DNA from: Mobula birostris
Lineage: Eukaryota
Assembly: GCF_030028105.1 (NCBI RefSeq)
Contig: NC_092401.1
Span: forward strand, 26,340,399 to 26,404,398
Direction: 5' to 3'
Length of the DNA stretch: 64,000 nt
Below the pieces are notes generated by a model. It was not told where the DNA came from and made no database searches. It saw only the letters and a program-made list of their open reading frames with translations. Shown in pieces: positions 37,697 to 48,420 of the stretch (position 1 is its first letter; the number at the start of each line of letters is the position of its first letter). The position numbers and the translations under genes are program-made.

Positions 37697-38345
37697 TCTG
37701 TGTCTCTATCTCCCTGTGTGTGTCTGTCTCTATTTGCCTGGCACCCTATTTGCCTCTGTGTGGCTGTGTCTGCTTCCATGTCTGTCTGTCTCCCTGTGTG
37801 TCATTCAGTGTACATGTCTGTCTCCCTGTTTGTCTCTGTATATGTCTGTCTCCTGTGTGTCTTTCTTTGTATGTGTCTGTCTCCCTGTGTGTCATTCAGT
37901 GTACATGTCTGTCTCTCTGTTGTGTCTTTGTACATGTCTGTCTCCCTGTGTGTCATTCTCTGTATGTGTCTGTCTCCCTGTGTGTCATTCTCTGTATGTA
38001 GACATCTGTCTCCGTGTCTTTCTCTGTACATGTCTATCTCTCTGTGCGTCTTACTCGCTACATGTCTGCTCCCTGTGTGTCTTTCTCTGTATGTAGATGT
38101 CTGTCTCTGTACATGTCTATCTCTCTGTGCGTCTTACTCTCTACATGTCTGTCTCCCCGTGTCTTTCTCTGTACGTCTCTGTCGCTCTGTGTGTCATTCA
38201 GTGTACGTCTTTCTCCCTGTGTGTCTTTCTCTGTACACGACTGTCTCCCTGTGTGTCTTTCTCTCTATGTACACGTCTGTCTCCCTGTGTGTCTTTCTCT
38301 CTATGTACATGTCTGACTCCCTGTCTGCTTTCTCTCTATGCCTGA
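37697..38345. repeat. minisatellite, about 32-36 bp unit (TGTCTGTCTCCCTGTGTGTCWTTCWSTGTACA)
   Basis: Directly visible tandem copies, roughly 18-20; they generate overlapping C/V/S/L-rich ORFs. Confidence 0.92.
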
Positions 38346-39104
38346 TTCCCTGCATTTAAGTTTCTTTACTCAGTTGATGCTGCCTTCCCTTATTACAACC
38401 ACTTCCCACACAGCCCTGCATCAGTCAGCAGGCACCAGCTGTAACTGTTTTGGGGTTACGGTGGTTCATTTCTGGCCTTCTCTGTCATGGTCTGAGAAAA
38501 AGGAAGTGAATGTCTGGACCAAATGTATTCAAAGAATGCTTTGATAGTAATATTTCCACAACTGGGGAAAACACACAGATATCAAACCAGATTGGGACCA
38601 TGGGTCAGTGGGCGGTTGATGATGAGGTTTGCCCATTTCTCTATGATTGAGAAAGATAAATTGTGGTCTGATCCAGCTCTGAACCTCCATGCTATTGGAA
38701 TGAGTAACATGAATGCATTGAGAAGGGCATTTGAAAACAAACATTCAGGAAAATTGTCGCTAATAATTGTCCTCTGCAGAGGGAAAAAAGCAGCAGTTTA
38801 AAAATAAACATTATGGTTTAAAATTATTTTCAAAGTATTTCCTTTTCTTCTCCTTTGAAGATCAGAAATGGCCTCTCCCTCTCAAATCACCAGCTCAGAG
38901 TGTGGTGGGACAGTGCAGTGGAAAATATCGGCCAGTGGAGCTTATTGTGTTTATTTCCCAGGTCATTGGATTCAAACTAAAACCACTCAGGAAAAAATAG
39001 TCTTCCCATCTCATTCTTATGTACTCCATTGTTTTGTTGATTCAGTGATAAGTACTGGGGTATTGAACATTCAAGAATCAGTTTTTGCAGCTGAGACCTC
39101 AAAA

Positions 39105-39345
39105 GGGTGGCACGATAGTGTAGTGGTTAGCGTAACACCATCACAGTGCCGTTGATCCGGGTTCAAGTCCCACCACCGTCTGTAAGGAGTTTGTATGTTC
39201 TCCCTATGACCATGTGGCTTTCCTCTGGGTACTCTGGTTTCCTCCCACATTCCAAGACATACGAGTTAGCAGGTTCATTGATTATATGGGTATAATTGGG
39301 TGGTGCAGTCTCATTGGTCCGTGCTATAGCTCTAAATAAAATAAA
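39105..39345 (+). mobile_element. V-SINE
   Basis: GGTGGCACGATAGTGTAGTGG (A-box), GGTTCAAGTCCC (B-box), then V-domain. Confidence 0.85.
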
Positions 39346-40896
39346 ACTTAAATTAAATAACGATTAATAATGATTAATTACATCTGCTAATTTCTTTCAG
39401 ATGAGCAATCTTGGGGATCAGTAATCATAGTCATATACAATGAAAACAGGCCCTTTGGCCCAATGGATCCATGCTGACCAAGATTCCCATCTAAGTTATT
39501 TGGCCCATTTCCCTCTAAACCTTTCTGATCTATGTACCAGTCCAAGTGTCTTTTAAACATTGTTAGCGTACCTATCTCAACCGCATCCTCTTAAATGGAC
39601 ACACCAAATGTTTGAGGAGAATTAATTTCTCCCCCACATGCTCTCCCACACCCAATCTCTTTGCCTCAGTCGTAACAGACCAGAAGCTCCTCTACGAGCT
39701 CAGCGGGCCTCATACTGCCTCCCCCCCCCCCCCCCGCCCCGCCCTCCCAATGCAGGTACATGTTTGGAGTGTACTCTCCTCCACCTTCAGTCTCAAGCAG
39801 TACATGCCACTCCTGTTCCTTAAGTACTGGCGCATGTTCCGAGTCCCCACTTGCTCCAGGACTATTTGAAAAAGTTGCCCTCAGGTTCCTATTAACTTTT
39901 TTTCCTTCTCACTTAAAGCTCCTGGCAGCTGTGCCTTCACCTAGCCAAGTCTCAGCTTCCGTAATACCCTCCTCAAACCTCACCATCTCTTCTTTTGCCA
40001 TTCCTTCAACTTTGTCTGTTTGGCCAAGCTATGAATCACCACTCCCCATTATAACTTCATCTGGCTTGGAGTCAAATTTATTTTGGTAACTTTACCTCCC
40101 CCAGTCAGTTTGGGACCTTTGACTCTGATGACAGTGTTGTACAAATGCAAATTGTTGTTGGACAGAGAACGGACAGTGATATAGAACACCGTAAATTGAG
40201 TGAGGTTAATCAGCTGAAAAGATACAGAGATCTCCAACAGGGTGAAGTTCAGAAGGGACATCTGTTTCTCCTTGGAGAAATGATTTGAATCCTTTTTGCC
40301 TATGGGTGAAATCGTGTTTATGGGTTGAGTTTCAGATTAGTAAACTGCCTCATGGCCTTTTCAGAGAGGGGTTTTATCTCAAAAATATCTCTATTGAGAT
40401 AGTATTGAAGGTAGGATGTGATGATGTGTCCAGTATTTGACTTGGATTTACGTTCACATTCCACACCAACCAAGCCACTGGCCTCTCACACTCACAACCA
40501 TTTGCATAGGGAGACCGATGCGCCTGAGCAAGAGAAAAACACCCAATAAATGCAAGAGAAGAATCTACCCCCATAACCAAGTTCTTCCCATGGATTTCCA
40601 GCTCCAAGGTCAGCATACACACAGGGTTTCGGTGTGCCGCTTGTGTTTTAAGTAGTCACATCACATGTATCCTGTTCGGATCTGTATCCTTTGAAGCTGA
40701 TGAAACTCAGGAAGGTACGGAATTCATAAAATATCTTCAAAGAGATTAGAGTGATGGATATCAAACGGGAAAGGCTGAGCTAAAGCCAGATATCTGATTG
40801 GTCATATCCTCCTGGAATGGGGGAACCTGACACCGACATCGTGTGTACCTGAATGCCTTCCTGGTTGCATTCATTCTAACACTAAGGTTAACAGTA

Positions 40897-41420
40897 TCAG
40901 AATCAGAATTAAGTTTATTTGTCATGTATGTCATGAAATTTGTTTTGCAGCAGTAGTACAGTGCAAGACGTAAACTATACTATAAATACCTATATATAAA
41001 TTGTATAGCACTAGAAGAGAACAATAATGGTGAGTCTGTGATCATGGGTTCATTTTCCGATGAGAAGTCTGACAGCGTAGGGAAGAAGCTGTTACTGAAA
41101 TGCTGAGTGTTTGTCGCAGGCTCCTGTAACTCCTTTCTGATGGTGGTAATGGGAAGCAAGCAAGTCCTGGTTGTTGAGCTTCCTTAATGATAGATCGCAC
41201 CTTTTGAAGCATCGCCTTTTGGGGAGCTTGGTGCCCGTGATGCAGCTGGTTTAAGCCTACAACCTGCTGAAGCCTTTTCTGATCTTGTGCGGTGGCTCCT
41301 CCACATCAGACAGAGGTGCAACCAGTCAGAACGTTCTCCATGGCGCATCTGTAGAGACTTGTTGGTCTTTGGTGACATACCAATCTTGACATAATTGATT
41401 GAAATATTCCATTTATCCAA
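40897..41420 (-). mobile_element. Rex1-type 3' fragment
   Basis: (AGAATC)n tail and CAGGCTCCTGTA motif. Confidence 0.7.
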
Positions 41421-42077
41421 GCGTTATCTCTTGATGTTTATACCCAGGTGGAGTCAGTTGGAACCTAGTTTTATCTTCCTCATTAAATGTTATATTTCTG
41501 GAGACCACGCTCGATGGAATGGGAGATTGGTATCAATGCTCTGTCGCCAGGTCACTGGGGCAAACAATGAATTTTCATTCAGCAGATGCTAATCTGACAC
41601 GTAGGTTCTAGTCAGGGCAAAGTGGTACCTACTGATCCGGGCTCAGATGAGCAGCCAATGTAAAACTGTCACCAAAGTGTGATTGTGGTGATCAGAAACT
41701 CTGTGTCCAGTCCATAAGCACAGAGGAACACTGCATACAGCCAGTCTGAGTACAGTTATTGAGCCTCACTGACCCAGTGTACAGTTATAGTTGTTGTTCC
41801 ACCATTGTGCTCTGGCTGGCATGTCAACACCAGTTGTAAATTTGTGGTTGAATTTCTGCCATTGTCGGTATGTTCTCCATCATCACGCCGGTTTCATCCC
41901 ACATTCTAAAAATGTAAGGATTAGGGTGGTGAGTTGTGGACATGCTATGTTGGTGCTGGAGGCGTGGTGACTCTCGTGGGCTACCCCCAGCACATCTTTG
42001 CACTGTGTTGGTTATTGACGCAAATGAAGCATTTCTCCCTGTGTCTCGAAGCCTCAATGTACATCTTTAATCTTCAG

Positions 42078-42400
42078 TGAGTGAGAAAGGGAAAGGCAGG
42101 GAGGTGAGAACATGAGAGGGAAAGGGAGTGGGGAAAGTGGAGGGGAGAGAGGGGGCAGAAAGGAAGGAGTGAAGGAGAGGGGAGGGAGAGAGGAGGGAAG
42201 AGTTAAGAAGGGCAAAGGGAGAGGGAAAGAAATGGAGTGAGAAATGGAGGGGGAAAGAAGGGCAGAGTAAAGGTCGGGGAAAGGCGGGGGGAAGGAAATG
42301 GGGGGAAAGGGGAAATGGGGAGGGGAGAGAAGGGTTGAGTAAAAATCAGGGAGAGAGAAGAAAAGAGAGGAAAGAGGAGAAGGAGAGATGGGGAGGGAGA
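42078..42400. repeat. polypurine (G/A) low-complexity tract, about 320 bp
   Basis: Almost exclusively G and A on the + strand. Confidence 0.9.
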
Positions 42401-43212
42401 ATATTGCTCTGTTCTCCGTTTTGGACAGTGTTTATAGATCAGTTTGTAATGAGTTATTCTTCTGACGGTCTGTGAGTTGTGTGTCCCAGAAGCGAATACA
42501 ATGCACCACATTGTCCTGGGAAAGAGAAAGAACTCCATCATTTTATTAGGAGCTTGTACTGGTGGGAAGAGGAATGACCAGTCCCTCACACCTCGCACCG
42601 ACCATGTTATTGGCCTCTCATGCTTATAAAACAGCTTCCTGTGCAGCAACACGCATCGGGAGGCCACTGGGCTGAGTTTATGTCATGCCCTGGGGCGGAT
42701 CAGGGAGAGAGACAACACCCAGGAGGATCTATTCCCATGGAATAATGAGATTCTTCCTCTGGGCTCCTCATCCCACAGCCAGCATCTACATAATGAAACT
42801 TACTCAAGCAGAAACAGAAAATTTAAGATGGTGGGAAGAGGGGGTTGCTTAATGGTCCTGTTAAAGTGCGGTTCTTGTATGGTCTGATTTCCCCACCAAA
42901 TACCGTACAGCTGAGGAATGTTATTACGAGCAGGGAGCAGCAGTTAAAAGCTAACTATAGATCCTTTCTAACACTGCAGGCATTTTATGAAAACCATATA
43001 AAAAGCTGGCGGTAAAAGATTAACTGATGTGTATAGCAAGCACTGTCACCTGAGAGCGGACCACTTCTCCAAAATAAGATTCAAAGGAGAACAATCCAAC
43101 ACTGGTCCTCCTGATATTGCACTGATATTTTCATTAACATAGACTCGATGACATCAGGAATTAAACAGCCTTTTGGGAAAAAGGAGGAAATGTATTTGGC
43201 AATATGACAAAA

Positions 43213-43425
43213 AGTCTTGCATTTAACCATCATCCTTCTGGATTTCCCAGAGCACCCACCGGATAATGGAAAACATTTGAAGTGCGTTTAATGTTATAAT
43301 GTGGGAAGGACAACAGCCAATTTACGCACAGGAATTTCCCACAAACAACGAAGTGATAACAATCTGATAAATTGTATTAGTGATTTTGGTTGAGAGGTGA
43401 AAATGTCCAGGCCACCTAGAGAACA
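43213..43425 (-). mobile_element. DeuSINE (SacSINE1/AmnSINE1-related) 3' portion
   Basis: TTTGAAGTG...CAGCCAATTTACGCACAG...CCCACAAACA...TGATAA...TGGTTGAG...CCAGGCCACC matches the recalled reverse consensus. Confidence 0.55.
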
Positions 43426-43699
43426 CTATTATAAAGAGTAGTTTATTTCAGAGCAACACACTCAAAATGCTGGAGGAACAGGATACCAATGTGGACCAGG
43501 GGGCACAGCCTCCGAATAAAAGGACAACCCTTTAGAATAGAGAGGAGGAGGAATTTTTTTAAGACAGAGGGTGGTGAATCTGTGGAATCCTTTGCCGCAG
43601 CTGGCTGTGAAAGCCAAGTCATTGGGTATATCTAAAGCGGAGTTTGATAAGTTCTTGATTAGTAAGGGTGTCCAAGGTTAAGGGAAGAAGTTAGACTAA

Positions 43700-44822
43700 T
43701 TTACAGGTTGCCATTTATTTCAAGGGAAACAGGGTGTAAAAGCAAGGAGATAATGCTGAGGCTTTATGAGACACTAGTCAGGAGCACTTGGAGCATTGTC
43801 AACAGTTTTGGGCCCCATATCTCAGAAAGGATGTGTTGTCATTGGAGAGAGTCCAGAGGAGGTTTGCAAGAACATAGAACATAGAATAGTACAGCACAGT
43901 ACAGGCCCTTCAGTCCACAATGTTGTGCCGACCCTCAAACCTTGCCTGCCATATAAGCCCCCACCTTAAGTTCCTCCATATACCTGTCTAGTAGTCTCTT
44001 AAACTTCACTAGTGTATCTGCCTCCACCACTGACTCAGGCAGTGCATTCCACGCACCAACCACTCTCTGAGTAAAAAACCTTCCTCTAATATCCCCCTTG
44101 AACTTTCCACCCCTTACCTTAAAGCCATGTCCTCTTGTATTGAGCAGTGGTGCCCTGGGGAAGAGGCACTGGCTATCCCCTCTATCTATTCCTCTTATTA
44201 TCTTGTACACCTCTATCATGTCTCCTCTCATCCTCCTTCTCTCCAAAGAGTAAAGCCCTAGCTCCCTTAATCTCTGATTATAATGCATACTCTCTAAACC
44301 AGGCAGCATCCTGGTAAATCTCCTCTGTACCCTTTCCAATGCTTCTGATTCTGGGAATGAAGGGGTTAACATATTAGGAGCATTTGGGAACTTTGGGCCT
44401 GTCGTTACTGAAATTTAGGAGAATGCTGGGGGGTGGGGGGAATCCCATTGAAACCTACTGAATGTTGAAAGGACTAAATAAAGTGGGTATGGAGAGAACG
44501 TTTCCTCTGGTGGGGTACCCAGAACTTGAGGGCACATCATCAAAATTGAGAGGCAACCTTTTAGAACGTGGGTAAAAAGGATTTTTTTTTTTAGCCAGAG
44601 AGTGGTGAATCTGTGGAATGCTCTGCCGTAGACCGCGGTGGAGGCCAAATCTGTAGGTGTACTTAAGACGGAAGTTGATAGTTTCCTGACTGGTCAGCGG
44701 AACAAAGGAAATGGTGAGAAGGCAGGTGCATGAGGTTGAATGGGATCCAGATCAGCCATGATGGAATAGTAGAACAGACTCGATGGGCCAGATGGTCTAA
44801 TTCTACTTCTATGTCTTATGGT
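43700..44822 (+). mobile_element. CR1 3' fragment interrupted by a younger antisense CR1
   Basis: ...GAGGAGGTTTGCAAGAA | TGATTCTGGGAATGAAGGG continues across the insert. Confidence 0.8.
43870..44346 (-). mobile_element. young 5'-truncated CR1 insertion
   Basis: Uninterrupted ORF EALERVQRRFTRMLPG...FFTQRVVGAWNALP and an intact (TTCTATG)n tail (AACATAGAACATAGAATAG on +). Confidence 0.92.
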
Positions 44823-45211
44823 CAATAAGATCAAAAAATGTCCCACTAACCACAAAAAAGTCCGCAGTCTCCCAGATGTTAGCAGTAAACGATCACATTT
44901 CTGAAGCTGTGATGAGATAAGCTTGTTTGTAATGTTGCATTTTATACCCTGCTGACACAGTTCCCTTTCCTTAGGCTCTGCCTCTCCCAAGATCGGATGT
45001 GAGTCAAACCAGAGACCCTCCTTGCAAACATGTGCCTGTTACTATCAGGAAGACCAGTGCATAAGAACCTTCACTCTACCTTCCCAAACCAGGATGACCC
45101 ATGTCAAAGTCAGCAGGAAATTTACTTCAGTCACAAGATGGCAAACAAATAAAACTTCAGATACTGAAACAATTATAGAAGGGATGGAGAAACTCAACCA
45201 GGTAAGCCAAA

Positions 45212-45712
45212 GTTAAAGTACACACATATCACCATATGCCACCTTGAGATTCATTTTCTTGCAGGCATTCACAGGAAAAGAAAAAAAAATAGCATTTATG
45301 AAAGCCTATAGATAAACAAAGACCGACAAATAACTAATGTGGAAAAGAAGACTAATTGTGCAAGCAAAAAATAATATTGAGAAAATGAGTTGTAAGGAGT
45401 TCTTGAAAGTAGTCTGTAGGTTGTAGAACCGGTTCAGAGCTGAGGTGAGTAAAGTTACCCATGGCAGTTCAGGGGTCTGATGGTTGAAGGGTAATAACTA
45501 TTCCTGACCTGCTGACGTGGGGCCTAAAGCTCCTGTACATCCTTCCTGAGTTAGTAGGGGGTAGAGAGTACGGCCAGGATGGTGGGGGTCCTTGATGATG
45601 GATGCTGCTTTCTTGTGACAGTGCTCCTTGTAGATGTGTTCAATGGTGGGGAGGGCTTTTACTGTGATGGACTGGGCTGACTCCACCACTTCCTGTAGAG
45701 CTTTTGAGGCCC
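45212..45712 (-). mobile_element. Rex1-type 3' fragment
   Basis: ALPTIEHIYKEHCHKKAASIIKDPHHPG. Confidence 0.85.
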
Positions 45713-45914
45713 TCCCACATTTGTCTGTATAGCAAATTACAGTCATAGTTGCTACCATTGTGTTTAAGCTGTGGAGGACCCCAGGTTAGAATGTGGTCCA
45801 CATGGACTGCGAACCTAAATCAATGCCTGTTTCACTCCGTTATACAGTGCTCACCCTCAGCCCCAAAGAGGGCGTGGAGAAAGATGCAAGGGGGCTTATC
45901 GTGGTTCTCCACGA

Positions 45915-46282
45915 GCAGCTGATCTACGGCTGATTCCAGGGACAACGCACAGAGACGGACATCAACTGCTCCTGGAAGGTCATCAACTCAGTGAAAGATT
46001 CCCATTGGTCTGCCAGCACATCGAGATGCCCGTCGAGGAATGCACATTCCGTACTGCGGGAGTATGTGCTGAGGGAAACACTAAAGATTGGTGCAGCCAC
46101 CGCAGCTGCTCGGTGGGGAGGGACCACTGTATAGGGTTCATCTGGTACTTATTGAGGAAGAGCTGGGTTGGATAAGGTATTCATTATACCACATTATTTT
46201 GCTCTTTTGCTCTCTTTCTGCACTACTTAACTTTTTAAATACTGTATGTATTTCTTCTGTATGAATCTGAATGCAATAAACA
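45915..46282 (+). mobile_element. L1/Tx1-type LINE ORF2 C-terminus plus 3' UTR
   Basis: Reads, with small indels, LIYG*FPGT..ETDINCSWKVINSVKD.HWSA...HSVLREYVLRETLKIGAATAAARWGGTTV*; AATAAA at about 46275. Confidence 0.7.
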
Positions 46283-46580
46283 CAGGAGATACTGTGGATG
46301 TTGGAAATCCAAAGTAATACACTCAAAATACTAGGGAAATTCAGTAGGTCGAGCAGCATCTATGGAGGGGAATAAACAGTTAACATTTACGGCTGAGGCT
46401 CTTCATCAGGACTGGAAAGGAAGGGGGCAGAGGGGGAAGGGGAAGAAGTACAAGCTGGGTGAAGCCAGGTGAGGGGGAAGGGGTGGGTGGGAGAGGAGAG
46501 AGGAAGAGAGAAGTTGGAAGATGGTAGGTGGAAAAGATAAAGGGCTGAAGAAGAGTAAATCTGATATGAGAGGAGAGTAG
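46283..46580 (-). mobile_element. Penelope-like terminal repeat with hammerhead relic
   Basis: Reverse complement reads CCAGTCCTGATGAAGAGCCTCAGCCGTAAATGTTAACTG; purine-rich tract on +. Confidence 0.7.
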
Positions 46581-46899
46581 AACACTATTCCATTTCTATT
46601 CTTGATGTCGTAGTGTACTTAAGTAAGTGGAGACTTAATGAAGCCTGAAATTTGCCAACATTTCTGTAATTTTTCAGTTGCTGTGTCATTAAAAGTTGCT
46701 GCCACTGTTATAAAGAGGAATGACATCAGTGGCTTTGCCTGTTGCTGACTGCATGGTCAGCTGGACTGAGCACTCCTGATCACCGCAGAGAGAAGTAGAT
46801 GGGTCTAAATCTTCCCTCTAGTTTAGAGGAATTGAAACATCCACTGAACATCCAACTGCTCGCCCTGCTGAATGCATTAGACCAGTAGTTCATTAACAC

Positions 46900-47105
46900 A
46901 AGAGAAGCTAGGAATCCAGAACAGCACACACAAAATGCTAGAACTCAGTAGGTCAGGCAGCATCTATGGAGGGGGAGCAAGCAATGATGTTTCAGCCATA
47001 ACCCTTCATCAGGACTCAGGTCTTGGCCTGAAACATTGAATGTTTATTTCGCTCCATAAATGCCTCCTGATCTGCTGAGATCCCCCCGCAGTGATTTGTG
47101 TGTGT
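46900..47105. repeat. palindromic (head-to-head) Penelope terminal-repeat element
   Basis: CACACAAAATGCTAGAACTCAGTAGGTCAGGCAGCATCTATGGAG is inverted relative to CTCCATAAATGCCTCCTGATCTGCTGAG...TTTGTGTG. Confidence 0.75.
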
Positions 47106-47456
47106 TAGGAGGGGATCATTGTTATCAAGTCAGAGAGTTATACTCAAAGAAATTTCAGCCCCATTCGTCTGTGCTAACCTATGGCTAATACAAGGGAGCA
47201 TAATTTTAAGGTGATTGAAGGAAAGTATAGGGGAGATGTCAGAGGTGGGTTATTTATACAGAGAGTATGGAGCATCCTGCCAAGGGTGGTGGTAGAGGCA
47301 GACACATTAGGAGCATTTAAGAAACTGTTAGGTAGGCACATGGAAGAAAGGGAAATGGTAGGCTATGAGGGAGAGAAGCGTTAGATTGATCTTGGAGTAG
47401 GTTAGGCCAGCACAACATCGTGGGCCCAAGATCCTGTATTTGCTGTACTGTACTGG

Positions 47457-47730
47457 GGGTGGCACAGTGGTGTAGTGGTTAGTGTAATACTATCACAACA
47501 CCACTTGTAAAATTGTGGTTCGATTCCCGCCTCCGGCTGCAAAGAGTCTGCGTGTTCTCCTCATGACCGCATGGGTTTCCTTCAGTTACTCTGGTTTCCT
47601 CCCACATTCCAAAGACGTACGGTTAGGCTTGCTACATTGGCACCAGAAGCATGCTAACACTCGCTGGTTGCCCCCAGCACACTCCTTGCTGATTAGATTT
47701 GGCATCGTATGTTTCAACGATAGAAATTGA
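47457..47730 (+). mobile_element. V-SINE
   Basis: GGTGGCACAGTGGTGTAGTGG...GGTTCGATTCCC followed by V-domain. Confidence 0.8.
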
Positions 47731-48064
47731 ATAAAGTTTATCTTTATCTCACTGTTCTGTGTTCTCAGATGCCGGTCTCGATTGGTCAGGTTTGCTTTTA
47801 CAGATCTGATAAATCCAACCTCATGGCGCCAGAGACCTGGGTTCAATCCTGAACTCCGGTGCTGTCTGTGTGGAGTTTGCACGCTCACCCTGTCACCACG
47901 TGGGCTTTGTGCTGATGTCACAGCTTCCTCCCACATATCAAAGATGTGCGGATTGGAAAGTTAATTGGACACCTGTAGATTGTTCCTCAGTGCAGAACTT
48001 GACTGGAATGTGGGATTAGTATTGAGTTGGTGTAGATGGGTGATTGAGGATTGGCAGGAGTTAC

Positions 48065-48420
48065 AGGAGCGTTAAGTACCACCCTCTTCACCAATTCAGG
48101 AAGTTATTACCCTAGAATCATCAGGCTCTTGAACCAGCATGGATAACTTCACTCACCTCAACACCGAATTGATTCCATAACCTACACACTCACTTTCAAG
48201 ATCTCTACAACTCACGTTCTCAGTATTACTTATTCGCACAATTTGTCTTCTTTTCCACATTGGTAGTTTGTCAGTCTTTGTTTATGTGTAGTTTTTCCAT
48301 AAATACTAACGTATTTCTTTATTTTCTTGTAAATACCTGCAAGAAAATGAATCTCAAGTTCATATATGGTAACATATATGTACTTTGATAGTAAATTTTA
48401 CTTTGACTTTAGACTTCAAC
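48065..48420 (+). mobile_element. Rex1-type 3' UTR
   Basis: ATCAGGCTCTTGAACCAGCATGGATAACTTCACTCACC; same family as 54715-55080. Confidence 0.7.

Noticed and set aside
37572-38359. Long Cys/Val/Ser/Leu-rich ORFs (174-241 aa)
   Set aside because: Translations of the minisatellite; open in all three frames because the strand lacks A.
39105-39185. tRNA genes (A/B boxes at many sites)
   Set aside because: All continue into the V-SINE body; they are SINE heads without a full cloverleaf.
42203-42667. 154-aa minus-strand ORF
   Set aside because: The C-terminal part is the polypurine/polypyrimidine tract; no recognisable domain.
43300-43343. Head-to-head CSL/RBPJ sites as a Notch paired site
   Set aside because: Spacing is about 28 nt rather than 15-17 nt, and both sites lie within a SINE relic.
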